Below are positions 38,662-48,762 of a DNA stretch of 64,000 nt, one piece after another. The notes beneath the pieces are model-generated. The model searched no databases and was not told the DNA's origin. It saw only the letters and a program-made list of their open reading frames with translations. The stretch is from the NCBI GenBank assembly GCA_963748825.1, contig CAVVKN010000009.1:64001-128000 (forward strand), read 5' to 3'. Each line of letters starts with the position of its first letter. Position 1 is the first letter of the stretch. The position numbers were made by a program, and so were the translations under genes. The stretch comes from Methanotrichaceae archaeon (GTDB lineage: Archaea > Halobacteriota > Methanosarcinia > Methanotrichales > Methanotrichaceae).

Positions 38662-39456
38662 ATGAAACAAATGAGTTTCATTTTGAGAAACCCAGCCTAT
38701 ACCTTTTATGAGCGGCTTTTAAAGACACGCATTCTTGCCGGAGAGCCGGTGGAGCATGTGGCCATCATTCAAGATGGAAATCGAAGATTTGCCATGCAAA
38801 GAGGCCTTTCCACCTATCTGGGGCATAGCCTGGGGGCGGAGACCTCGGAAATGGTCATGGACTGGTGCCTGGAGGTAGGTGTTAAGCATCTCACTCTCTA
38901 CACCTTTTCCACGGAGAACTTTGAGAGAGACGAGAAGGAGAAGCGCTATCTCTTTGATCTGATCAAAAATAAGTTCGTAGAGCTGAAGCGCTCCAAAAGG
39001 ATACACGGCAATCAGATTCGCGTGCGAGCCATCGGCAGGGTGGAGATGCTTCCGCCGGACCTGCAGGAGGAGATCTGCCGCACGGAGGAGGCCACGCGAG
39101 AGTATGAGACGATGTACCTCAACGTGGCCCTGGCCTACGGCGGCCAGCGCGAGCTGGTAGACGCGGCGCGGTCCCTGGCGCGCCAGGTTTCCGAGGGAAA
39201 GATCAGGGCAGAAGAAGTGGATGAGGATCTGATAGCTTCGCACCTCTATCCGCAGGATGGCATTTCTGTGCCCAAAGTGGATCTGATCATCAGGACAGGC
39301 GGGGACTATCGCACCTCTAACTTCCTGCCCTGGCAGGCCAACGGCAATGAGTGCGCCGCATACTTTTGCGCACCCTACTGGCCGGAGTTTCGCAAGATCG
39401 ACTTTCTGCGCGCCATTAGGACGGCCCAGACCAGGGCCTCAGGCCAACAAGCTTAA
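38662..39456 (+). CDS. uppS: cis-prenyltransferase (polyprenyl diphosphate synthase)
   Basis: HVAIIQDGNRR, FSTENF, AYGGQ.E and IIRTGG..RTSNFLPWQ motifs. Confidence 0.95.
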   Translation: MKQMSFILRNPAYTFYERLLKTRILAGEPVEHVAIIQDGNRRFAMQRGLSTYLGHSLGAETSEMVMDWCLEVGVKHLTLYTFSTENFERDEKEKRYLFDLIKNKFVELKRSKRIHGNQIRVRAIGRVEMLPPDLQEEICRTEEATREYETMYLNVALAYGGQRELVDAARSLARQVSEGKIRAEEVDEDLIASHLYPQDGISVPKVDLIIRTGGDYRTSNFLPWQANGNECAAYFCAPYWPEFRKIDFLRAIRTAQTRASGQQA

Positions 39457-39486
39457 TAACTAAAAGTATGCCATGAAGGATGTTTT

Positions 39487-39576
39487 GTCCCGATGGGGTA
39501 GTGGACATCCCGGAGGCCTGCGGAGCAAAGTTTGCGCAGCGAGCCTTCAACCCGGGTTCGAATCCCGGTCGGGACG
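39487..39576 (+). tRNA. tRNA-Arg (GCG) with an 18-nt intron at position 37/38 (39524-39541)
   Basis: GTCCCGA/TCGGGAC acceptor; GAGGC-CT-GCG-G[intron]A-GCCTT; intron cgcag pairs with ctgcg. Confidence 0.88.
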
Positions 39577-39795
39577 CTTTCCTTACCATAAGAAGGTAAG
39601 GTTTCATGAGGACTTTTCCTTGCCTTTTTTGAGAGCCCTTAAAACCTCGGTCGTGATGTGATAAATGGTTGATGTTTTGGTATCAACATAATGCTTGCGA
39701 TCATGATGAATACCATTCCAGGATTACTCTCAAAGAAATTGTAACGCGATGACGCTACGAACCTTATCGATTGCATCCGGCGATTCGCTTTGTCG

Positions 39796-40047
39796 CTATT
39801 CAGAAAGCTGGGAATCGATCTTCTTGATATCATCTAGCAGATTTTTGCCACACTCAGTTGTTTCATATAATACGTTCTTTCCCTGCTTAATTTCTAAGAG
39901 GTTATTTTTTATTAGCAAATTAATATAAGGATCGACAGTTTTAAAGTTGAGGTTTGCCTGATATACTATCCTCGTCTTATTAGAACCATTTTTGCATATA
40001 TCTAATATTTTTGAAATAATAATATGTCTACTTCTCTTCATCTTCAT
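39796..40047 (-). CDS. Small winged-helix transcription regulator
   Basis: KRSR..II..IL......NKTRIVYQANLNF.....Y...L....L.......YETTECG. Confidence 0.85.
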   Translation of the reverse strand: MKMKRSRHIIISKILDICKNGSNKTRIVYQANLNFKTVDPYINLLIKNNLLEIKQGKNVLYETTECGKNLLDDIKKIDSQLSE

Positions 40048-40529
40048 TTCCCCCTTATCTATAAATACGGTCGTATATGTTGGGTGCTGAAAAGCGCCAA
40101 CAACGGACTCGGCAGGCAATCTATGAGATTTATGGTGGTTCCATTTAGATCAGGCGGCATTTTTCCACCACCCACACCCACGACAATTAATACATATACG
40201 ATCTCAGCAATATTGCTCCTGGTGAGCAACACTTAAAAGCTTTACTAAACCATTGTAAGTACTCATGTTATTACTGGATAAATTACTAATTCATTTAGCA
40301 ATTTTTTAAGAATAAACATATGAAATTTTTTGTATATATTATTAATTTCAAGTGCTAACTGGATGTCGAAAAACTCCTAGAAGTTAACCAAATCTTAAAA
40401 ATTTTTAAATAAGTAATTATTTGTACGTCGAAATTATATATAATATAATATAATTATTATTTAGATCTAACGCCGATAGTCGCGATGAGATACATGTAGA
40501 TGCATCAGCCGAAGGGGCTGTTTCAATCT

Positions 40530-41124
40530 GCGGCACAGGCCCTATCCTTCCAGCCCATTATCATTTCAGCATGGCGTACTCATGCCACGCATGCCCGCTC
40601 ATTGATCAACCTCACCCAGGTTCGCGCAGGCGAGATGCTGCTCGATCGCTTCGCCGGAACCTGCGGCATTCTGATCGAATCCTACCTGATCGGCATCCAG
40701 GAACGGGGCAAAGAGGTTCAAACCCGACCGGTGAAGGGTCCTTTATGCAATCTGCTGTGTCTGGACTGCTCTCTTTTATTGGGGGAAGCAAAGCGTTTAC
40801 CATTGCAAAACCCGTCTATTGATGCCGCTGTCCTGGACACACCCAATAGCAGGTCAGCCTAAAATTCTGGCTAAGTCGAAGGAACTTCTCTTGCAGGAAA
40901 GTTTAAGTTAGCTCTTCCGGGTGATCAAGCCCGGCAGGCGTATGGTAATCGTGGCAGATAGCCCTCTTGATGCCTTGCTCGCGAAGGCGGGTTTTGATAT
41001 CATCCCAAAGCATACGGACCGCGTGCATGGAAGCCTGACCCGGCATATTTTCCTCTGCCAAAAGGCAAGTGCAAAGGTCATGGATTTTAAAAATGGTCCG
41101 CTCGATAAGAAGTTAAAAAAATAG
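40530..41124 (+). pseudogene. Degraded C-terminal part of a tRNA m2G10 methyltransferase (Trm11-like)
   Basis: ARSLINLT, DRFAGTCGILIE (cf. DPFCGTGG), DTPNSRSA (cf. DPPYG), RVHGSLTR; internal stops and frameshifts. Confidence 0.8.
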
Positions 41125-41225
41125 AGTTTTAGATGATACGTTAAGTAATTCCCAATTACGTATCTGTAATTAGGACGAGTAAAAGGCTTAAATATTTAGC
41201 CCGCATCCTCCAAGTAGGTAATGCA

Positions 41226-41639
41226 ATGAATAGCAAACTATCATTATTAATAATATTCATCTTGATCCAATCAAGTCAGATCGCTCTGGCACTAGATGTA
41301 GATTTGACGGGCACCTGGACTTCAAAGTACCAGTTTGGCCCAATAGAAGAAATAATGACTGCGAATATTCAGCATTTTGGCGCTAATCTTCTGGGATCGT
41401 TCACAGTTAAACCTTCCGAGGGAGATGAGTATTCAGGAATAATATTCGGTACAGTTGAGGGGAACGCAGTAGCTGCAAATTATTTATCTGTAAGAAACTC
41501 GGGCGATGCCGACCCGCAGGTAGCAATTATCTTCATAGATAGCCAAATCGTGGATCAAGATACGCTAAGAGGCACTTATTATGTCCAGGATAGCGAAATG
41601 AATGCGATCTCCGGGCCGTTTGAAGCTACTAGAAAATAA
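41226..41639 (+). CDS. Small secreted beta-rich protein
   Basis: Signal peptide followed by DLTGTW...LRGTYY. Confidence 0.75.
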   Translation: MNSKLSLLIIFILIQSSQIALALDVDLTGTWTSKYQFGPIEEIMTANIQHFGANLLGSFTVKPSEGDEYSGIIFGTVEGNAVAANYLSVRNSGDADPQVAIIFIDSQIVDQDTLRGTYYVQDSEMNAISGPFEATRK

Positions 41640-41651
41640 GTGGAGACTGCC

Positions 41652-42461
41652 ATGAATGCTTCCTGGGATTACTATGATCTGGCTGAAGACCACCTGAAGG
41701 CATTTACAAGATCTGCAGTGCGAACGAAAATAATGCTACGCATGAAAGACGACGGCATGACTGCAGGGGATCTTGGAGCGGAGATGAACCTGCGTACATC
41801 TACCATCCTCCACACGATAAAGGAGATGATGGAAGATGATCTCGTAATGAAGAAAGGCACACGATATTCCTTGACCAGCATAGGGAAGATTCAGACCATT
41901 CTACTGGAAGAGCTTGTTGCAGCTATTGTGTTATTGGATCAGCACAAGGATTATTGGCTTAACCATAATTTAAGAGGAATACCTGAGCACCTCCTGGCGA
42001 ATATTGGGATGCTAAACCATTCTAAGATGATAACTTCAGATCCCACAGCGCCTTTAAAGATTCTGGATAACTTCGTTAAAGAAGTATCTAAATCCAATTA
42101 TATATACGGATTTTCTTCATTTATCGCCCCCGGTTTTGCGGAGATGATTAATGATTGCGCCAAGAGAGGCGCAAGAATTGAGCTTATATTAACGCATGAA
42201 ATTTATGAGATAATATTAAATGATCAGGCTGCACTTTTAGCAAACTTGCAGAAATTTGAAAACTTTAAATTATTCTTAATTAACTCAGATATAAATCTTG
42301 GCTTTACAGTCACTGAATCGATCTTAGCTCTGGGATTATACAGAAATGACGGGAGGATTGATTTGGATAGCGAAATAATTTGCATGGGTAATTCCGCCGT
42401 AGAGTGGGGAACGGAACTCTTTAAATATTATAAAACTCGTTCTGAATTGATAAAATGCTAA
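41652..42461 (+). CDS. Winged-helix regulator with DUF1724 / FilR1-like domain
   Basis: S.VRTKIML HTH, YWLNHNL.GIP, VTE..L.LGL...DG..D, AVEWG.ELF..Y. Confidence 0.8.
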   Translation: MNASWDYYDLAEDHLKAFTRSAVRTKIMLRMKDDGMTAGDLGAEMNLRTSTILHTIKEMMEDDLVMKKGTRYSLTSIGKIQTILLEELVAAIVLLDQHKDYWLNHNLRGIPEHLLANIGMLNHSKMITSDPTAPLKILDNFVKEVSKSNYIYGFSSFIAPGFAEMINDCAKRGARIELILTHEIYEIILNDQAALLANLQKFENFKLFLINSDINLGFTVTESILALGLYRNDGRIDLDSEIICMGNSAVEWGTELFKYYKTRSELIKC

Positions 42462-42749
42462 TTTATTAGATAATAGTCCGCGCACGAATTATCGTTAAAG
42501 AATGTCAGTTCGCGCCTCGTACTTCACCGAAATAGTTATTAGTATTATTCATAATTACTTATTTTTCGTACTTATTATAAGTATCTAAAACACATAGCGG
42601 CTCAAATAAATATTTAATAAACATTTAAAAATAAAAATTTACAGTCTTAACTAATCTATTTTCAATTTAAGCAATTTTGCCGAGATTTCGTTATTATGTC
42701 ATCATTCTTAAGAAGAGCTTATAACTAGAAAAATTGCTGATACTTATTT

Positions 42750-43664
42750 ATGATAACGAAATTCTATAGCAAAACTGTATTATTATATAAAGAAGATCTT
42801 TATAGGTATTGTGTCGTATTGGCAGCTACCCTGAAAGGGATATTCCGGTTCCTATCGGTAAGTTCCCTCTTCGTTGGAGCAACTGGATTCTTTATTGCAC
42901 TGGCAGGATATTGTCTCCTTGATGAGTATCCAAGCATGCTGATCTGCTCTGCAGTCTTTTTTATGACCTTCAGCCTCTATAGCTTAAACAAGCTCACGGA
43001 CATGAAAGAAGATGCGATCAACATGCCCGAAAGGCTCAACTTTCTGAAAGGACGGAGAAATCTTATCATTGTTTACTCAGTTGCTTCATATTTATTAAGC
43101 ATATTGCTGACTTTTCTCGAAAATCCCTCCTCTGTAATCGTAGTTTTTATTCCGCTCATTGCAAATGCCCTGTATGGGTCCAGGCTGCTTCCCGGCTTGC
43201 CCAGACTGAAAGATATACCGGTCATGAAGAACCTGGTCGTCTCTGTATCCTGGGCGGCAGCCACTACGCTACTACCTGCCGGGCATATAATGGGCAAAAT
43301 ATCTACAGTAGCACTTGTCTTTTATTTCATACTGGGGAAGGTATTTGTAAATACCGTCCTTTATGATATGAGGGATATGAAAGGCGATAAGGAGAATGGA
43401 ATAAGAACAATGCCGGTAATATTAGGCCGAAAAAAGACGGCCCTTGTCTTGCTGGCCATCAATGTCACTCTCCTGCCGTTGCTGATGTTCCTAGATGGGA
43501 ACGCAAGAATCCTTGCGGCAATATTAATCCTCAACGGATTTGCGTACATCATCTTCTTTACAAACAGGAAAAATCACATGGCTATGGACCTATTTGTGGA
43601 CGGCGAATGGATGCTGTCGTTCATCATGCTGGAAATATTAATTCATTCTGGACTGATGGCTTAA
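42750..43664 (+). CDS. UbiA-family prenyltransferase
   Basis: NKLTDMKEDAIN.PER and YDMRDMKGD..NG..T.P aspartate-rich motifs; multiple TM segments. Confidence 0.88.
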   Translation: MITKFYSKTVLLYKEDLYRYCVVLAATLKGIFRFLSVSSLFVGATGFFIALAGYCLLDEYPSMLICSAVFFMTFSLYSLNKLTDMKEDAINMPERLNFLKGRRNLIIVYSVASYLLSILLTFLENPSSVIVVFIPLIANALYGSRLLPGLPRLKDIPVMKNLVVSVSWAAATTLLPAGHIMGKISTVALVFYFILGKVFVNTVLYDMRDMKGDKENGIRTMPVILGRKKTALVLLAINVTLLPLLMFLDGNARILAAILILNGFAYIIFFTNRKNHMAMDLFVDGEWMLSFIMLEILIHSGLMA

Positions 43665-43803
43665 TTGCAGAGGCTTCTCAGACCTCTGCCGCCTCATACA
43701 AGACTGCTTTTCCCCCACATTTCTTTCGCTAATTACCGAAAGACCTAATTACCTTAGCCGCAAATAAAGAGCACCTGGCGCTGCAAATCGCGGCGCAATT
43801 CGA

Positions 43804-44550
43804 GTGAGGGAGCGGTTGGTTGTGGCATTACAAAGTAGCAAATTTCCCAGATCCAAGTCGGGCATACCTGGATATGATGAACTGGTCGATGGCGGTTTTC
43901 ACAAAGGAACGGTAAACACCATCACAGGATCTTCCGGTTCGGGCAAGACCGTCTTTGCTGGCCAGTTCATAAATTACGGCATCAAGATGGGCGAGAAGGG
44001 AATGATCATAACTCCTTCCGAGAGCGCAGAGTACCTGAAGCGAGAGATGATGTCCTCCTTTGGCTGGGACTTCTCCAACCTGGAGAAAGAAGGAAAACTG
44101 GCCATTGTCGATGTCACCGACCCAGTTTTGCGCCTGCAAAAGAGCATCGATGTCGATCCGGTAGATTTTCTCATAAACTTCCGAAAGCTTGTGGAGAGAA
44201 AGCTGGAGGAGACCAAGCCCGCCCGGCTCTTCATTGACGATCTGACGGCCTTCTTCATGGCTGTGGAGAAACCCTTTAAAATTCGGTCCCTGACGGACGA
44301 CCTCTTTGGCACCATTCGTGCCAGTGGCGTCACATCTGTGGTGACTATTGGCACGGCTTTTGGCACCAACCAATTCCTGGAATACGGAGCTGACTCGGCC
44401 ACCATGCTCAGCCGTGAGCGCATCGGCAACACACTCATCAGGTCGATATATATCATAAAGATGCGCGGCTCGAAGATCGCCAATAGCATCAGGGTTCTGG
44501 ACATATCCGATGAGGGAATCTCCGTGTCCTCGCTCTCGCCCTATTCCTGA
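43804..44550 (+). CDS. KaiC/RAD55-family single-domain ATPase
   Basis: SGIPGYDEL..GG, GSSGSGKT, FIDD and IIKMRGS motifs. Confidence 0.9.
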   Translation: MRERLVVALQSSKFPRSKSGIPGYDELVDGGFHKGTVNTITGSSGSGKTVFAGQFINYGIKMGEKGMIITPSESAEYLKREMMSSFGWDFSNLEKEGKLAIVDVTDPVLRLQKSIDVDPVDFLINFRKLVERKLEETKPARLFIDDLTAFFMAVEKPFKIRSLTDDLFGTIRASGVTSVVTIGTAFGTNQFLEYGADSATMLSRERIGNTLIRSIYIIKMRGSKIANSIRVLDISDEGISVSSLSPYS

Positions 44551-44567
44551 GAGGATGAAAACTGAGG

Positions 44568-46361
44568 GTGCATAAAATGATCGAAAGATGGATTGTCCTT
44601 GCTGCTGAGGAAGCAGGTCCCGTCTCGAATAAGATGGGCGGTATCTGGAATGTGGTGGATGCAGAGGCCGTGATGCTGGCCCGGCTTGTGGCGCGAGGTG
44701 ATATTGAAAGCGGCCTGCACATCCTGGTGGCGGGTCCCAACTATCCCACCTCCGGCTCGGACTGGAATACAGGCAAAAACCGGGTCACAGATCTCACAGG
44801 ATTAGAAAAGCTGGATATGGGGCAGGAGCTCGACCAGGTACTGAGCGAACTGAACGCATCCGGCATCGAGACAGTCACCGGACAGAGAACGGAAGAAGGC
44901 ATTCCCATCGGCTATGTGCTCTTCAATACCAATTATTATCAGTCCCACATGGTGCATTGGAATAATCAGCAGATGACCCGTAACAATGCCATCAAGACGG
45001 AAGCCTTTGATCTGGTGGGCCTCGATTCCATGAATTTTGAAAGAGCCCACTATGGTTGGGAGTACAACCACTACATCAACCTCTCTTATGCCGTATCGGA
45101 ACTGGTGAGAGGCCTGGCACGCGCCCCGGAAGAAATGACTCAAAAATACGCCGACAAGGCAGTCTCGGAGTTTGCCAAGTCGGTAATGCCCAAAGTGAGG
45201 ATTTCCTTGCATTGCCATGAGTTTGGAGTCTTCTATGCGGTAGCCAGGCTGAAGAAGTTGGGAGTTCCTGTAAGATCGGTCTGCACATTGCACGCCACAG
45301 TTCCCGGTCGCACTGCGGGCTATAAGTCTCTGCAAAAGATAGCCCAAGGCGAGTCGAAAATGGAGATCGGCACACCTATTGGCTTTTCTACCTTAGAGGC
45401 GCTGGCCCGCTATGCCGATGCAGTTACATTCGTGGGCGACTCGACCATGAAAGAGGCCATGCTCTTTTACCGCTTGAAAGGCATTGTCATCAGGAATGGA
45501 ATCGATTTGGAAACGCAGGAGATCGATTGGGATAAAAAAGATCGCTGCCGCGCCAAGATCCAGCAGTTTCTGGCCGACAACCTCTACAAGTACTGCGACG
45601 GCAAGTGTGTAAAAAAGGAGAACATAATTCCGATCTTCACCATCTCCCGCATAGAGATCGAGAATAAAGGATACCTTCAGCTCCTTGATGCCCTTATGCT
45701 TCAGGATCACCTGCTCAAGCATAGATTAACCGGCCAGCGTCATGCAGAAGAGACAAGGGTGGTATGCTTCCTGATTGCCGCCCACGGTCCTAAAGACAAG
45801 GAGAAGCTGCCGGAGGGTTTTCCCATCAATCTCACGCCAGAAATTCTGGTGGGCGAGGAGATCCGCCTGGAGAACATGATCAAGGATAGAGGGCTAGATG
45901 AAACGGAGCTGATCTCCGGCAAGAGGATGGTGGCGGCACTGCTCTATCCTCAATGGGTGGGTCCCGATGACGGCGGCCTGGGAATGCATGCTGATGAGAT
46001 CATGGCTGGCTGCGTTGCCGGCATATTTCCTTCCCAATATGAGCCATTCCTTCTCACCGCCCTGGAAGCGGGCAGGGAAGGCACGCCCAACATCGTCAGC
46101 CGGGCAGCAGGATACAGCGATGCTTTAAAGAAGATCAAACGCCGCGTGCCGGGTCTGGGGGGCGTGATTGTTGTGGACAACATTGAGGCACACCCCCAGG
46201 AGACCGTCCTGGATTATGCCCTGGCCCTGGACTACTTCACCTGGACCTATCTGGATGATGAGGTCAAATACCGGCTGCTCTGCGAAGAGTCCTTCTCTTT
46301 GGCCAAGCAGTTCAACTGGAAGGAGCCGGTACTGGAGTATTACAAGAACCTGGTAGCTTAG
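44568..46361 (+). CDS. Glycosyltransferase resembling GT3-type glycogen synthase
   Basis: NKMGGIWNV, HCHEF, TLHATVPGR, SRIEIENKG and GIFPSQYEPF motifs. Confidence 0.75.
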   Translation: MHKMIERWIVLAAEEAGPVSNKMGGIWNVVDAEAVMLARLVARGDIESGLHILVAGPNYPTSGSDWNTGKNRVTDLTGLEKLDMGQELDQVLSELNASGIETVTGQRTEEGIPIGYVLFNTNYYQSHMVHWNNQQMTRNNAIKTEAFDLVGLDSMNFERAHYGWEYNHYINLSYAVSELVRGLARAPEEMTQKYADKAVSEFAKSVMPKVRISLHCHEFGVFYAVARLKKLGVPVRSVCTLHATVPGRTAGYKSLQKIAQGESKMEIGTPIGFSTLEALARYADAVTFVGDSTMKEAMLFYRLKGIVIRNGIDLETQEIDWDKKDRCRAKIQQFLADNLYKYCDGKCVKKENIIPIFTISRIEIENKGYLQLLDALMLQDHLLKHRLTGQRHAEETRVVCFLIAAHGPKDKEKLPEGFPINLTPEILVGEEIRLENMIKDRGLDETELISGKRMVAALLYPQWVGPDDGGLGMHADEIMAGCVAGIFPSQYEPFLLTALEAGREGTPNIVSRAAGYSDALKKIKRRVPGLGGVIVVDNIEAHPQETVLDYALALDYFTWTYLDDEVKYRLLCEESFSLAKQFNWKEPVLEYYKNLVA

Positions 46362-46374
46362 ATGTGAGGAGACT

Positions 46375-47583
46375 ATGAGAATTGCCTATTTGAGCATTGA
46401 GTTTCCGCCCAGAATCTTCGGCGGCCTTGGTGTGTACGCGGACGAAATATCCCGAGAAATTGTCTCCCAGGGAGAGAAGGTCTCGGTCTTTACATTGGGA
46501 GACGGCAAGCTGGAGAGGTACCAGGATATGAATGGGGTGGAGGTGTTCCGAATGCATCCCATTCCTATCAGGGACGGGCTTGAGGTATTCCTCTCGGCCC
46601 AGACCCTTTCCTGGGGAGAAGGCCTGCGCTTCCTTGAGGACCTATTAAGCCTAAATCAGCTTTCTGCAGCGAGCATCATGGAGAATGGGCCTTTCGATCT
46701 ATGTGTGAGCCACGACTGGCTTGGCCTGCTGGGGGGCATGGCCGTAAAGAAAGAGGGCATTCCCATGATCTACCACGTACACGGCCTGGAGGCAGGGCGT
46801 TCGGATAATCCCAATCCTCAGCTTGTGGCTCTGGAAAAAAAAGGTGCCGAAGTAGCGGATCTGATCATTACCGTTTCAGAGGCCATGAAACAGGAGATGG
46901 TCAGCTTGGGAGTTAGGGCAGAGAAGATTCGCGTATGCTACCACGGCGTAGACACCGCGTTTTTCAATCCCCAGCAGGCTGATCCCAAGCGGCTAACGGC
47001 CCTGCGAAAGAGATACGGCTATGCAGAGGATGATGTCATCGTGCTCTTCATGGGCCGGCTGGAGAGTGTCAAAGGGATTGTGCAGCTCTTTTCTGCCATT
47101 CCCGATGTCCTGGCAAAGCATCCCAAGTTGAAGCTGTTGGTGGTAGGCAAAGGCAGCTTGGAGAGCTGGGCTCTTTCGGAGGCGGAAAAGCTTGGCTGCA
47201 TCACGCTGGTCACGGACTTCCTGGATGCGGAGGATAAGATGCACCATTATGCTCTGGCTGACCTGTGCGTATTTCCCAGCATCTATGAGCCCTTTGGCAT
47301 CGTCGCTCTTGAGGCAGCCGCCATGGGCAAGGCGGCCGTGGTGGGCGCAGCCGGCACATCCGGTCTGGCGGAGATTGTGAAAAATCCGGCCACCATGCAT
47401 CCTACGGGCGTTCATGTCAATGCTCGCGATCCCAGGGATATCGCCTGGGGCATCAACCTCGCACTGGAGGACCTGGACCGACTGAAATCCTGGGGAAAGA
47501 ACGCCAGGGCCAGGGCAATTGAAGAGTTCACCTGGCAGAAAGCAGCAGAGAGAACCCTGGCGATTTATAAGGAAGTGACTTGA
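46375..47583 (+). CDS. GT4-family glycosyltransferase
   Basis: EFPP..FGGLG, HDWL, GRL...KG and PSIYEPFGIVALEA motifs. Confidence 0.92.
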   Translation: MRIAYLSIEFPPRIFGGLGVYADEISREIVSQGEKVSVFTLGDGKLERYQDMNGVEVFRMHPIPIRDGLEVFLSAQTLSWGEGLRFLEDLLSLNQLSAASIMENGPFDLCVSHDWLGLLGGMAVKKEGIPMIYHVHGLEAGRSDNPNPQLVALEKKGAEVADLIITVSEAMKQEMVSLGVRAEKIRVCYHGVDTAFFNPQQADPKRLTALRKRYGYAEDDVIVLFMGRLESVKGIVQLFSAIPDVLAKHPKLKLLVVGKGSLESWALSEAEKLGCITLVTDFLDAEDKMHHYALADLCVFPSIYEPFGIVALEAAAMGKAAVVGAAGTSGLAEIVKNPATMHPTGVHVNARDPRDIAWGINLALEDLDRLKSWGKNARARAIEEFTWQKAAERTLAIYKEVT

Positions 47584-47602
47584 TGGAAGGGGTGGCGAGG
47601 CG

Positions 47603-48580
47603 ATGCCGGAGTTAAGAAGGCACTATTTCCTGGATGAGTACTGCATCATCGCCACAGAGCGAAAGAAGAGGCCCTCTGACTTCAGGGAGAAGACGGTGGC
47701 GGGAGACGAGGCCGTTTGCCCATTTTGTCCGGGAAACGAGGAGATGACCCCGCCGGCCGTTGCAGTCTACACGGAGCATGGGGTATTATCCGATGGCCAG
47801 GAGAGGATTTCCGGTTGGCAGCTACGTGTCTTTCCCAATGTTTTCGCAGCCATGGTCCCAAGCCCAGCGCCCGCTACGACGACGGAATGGATTGCTCTGC
47901 CTGGGCAAGGCTTCCACGAGGTGATTGTAGACAGTCCCCTGCACAAAGAAAATCCGGCCGACTTTGCCCAGGAGCACATGGAAAAACTCATCCAGGCCTA
48001 CCGGGATCGCTATGTCCATTACTGTAGGAACGGCCTTGTGAAATATGTATCCATCTTCAAGAATTGGGGCAAGGAGGCGGGAGCATCATTATCTCACAGC
48101 CATTCTCAGCTCGTCACCCTTCCCATTCTTCCGCCCCTGATTAAAAGAGAACTGGATGCCATCAGCCGCGCAACACACTGTCCTTTCTGCAATATCGTAG
48201 AGCAAGAGAAGGAGTCATGCCGGCTCATCGACGAGAACGAAAACTGGATTCTCATTGCACCCTTCTATTCTCAGGCACCTTATGAGACCTGGATTTTGCC
48301 TAAGAGGCATTTTGCCAACCTGCAAGAGATGCATGATGCTGAAGGCAAGAGCCTGGCTGCCTTGTTAAAAAGGGCTCTAGGGAGCATGCGATCTCTTTTG
48401 AACGATCCGCCTTACAATTTTATGATCTTCCAGCTTCCTTTCAGCTACCACGTCAACATCAGAATTCATCCGGCTCTTTCCAAAATCGCGGGCTTTGAGA
48501 GGAGCACAGGAGTGTACATAAACTCCTTTGCACCGGAAAAAGCAGCCGATGAGCTCAGGCATCAGCTAGAAGCATTTTAA
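47603..48580 (+). CDS. galT: GalT-family nucleotidyltransferase
   Basis: ERKKRP, CPFCPGNE, HEVIV, N.G..AGASLSHSHSQ and CPFC motifs. Confidence 0.85.
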   Translation: MPELRRHYFLDEYCIIATERKKRPSDFREKTVAGDEAVCPFCPGNEEMTPPAVAVYTEHGVLSDGQERISGWQLRVFPNVFAAMVPSPAPATTTEWIALPGQGFHEVIVDSPLHKENPADFAQEHMEKLIQAYRDRYVHYCRNGLVKYVSIFKNWGKEAGASLSHSHSQLVTLPILPPLIKRELDAISRATHCPFCNIVEQEKESCRLIDENENWILIAPFYSQAPYETWILPKRHFANLQEMHDAEGKSLAALLKRALGSMRSLLNDPPYNFMIFQLPFSYHVNIRIHPALSKIAGFERSTGVYINSFAPEKAADELRHQLEAF

Positions 48581-48762
48581 AGTGCCGAAAAGTTAATCAA
48601 TTATCCGGCTGTAAAGAATCACAAATTGCTTATTACATTCCTTATGTATTTCATAAAGCAGGGATAAGATGGACCGAAATGCGTTCCACCCCCATATTAT
48701 GATATCGTAGCGACAATAGATCGATAACCATAGCTGCAAGGCAAGACAATACCGGTGAAGAG

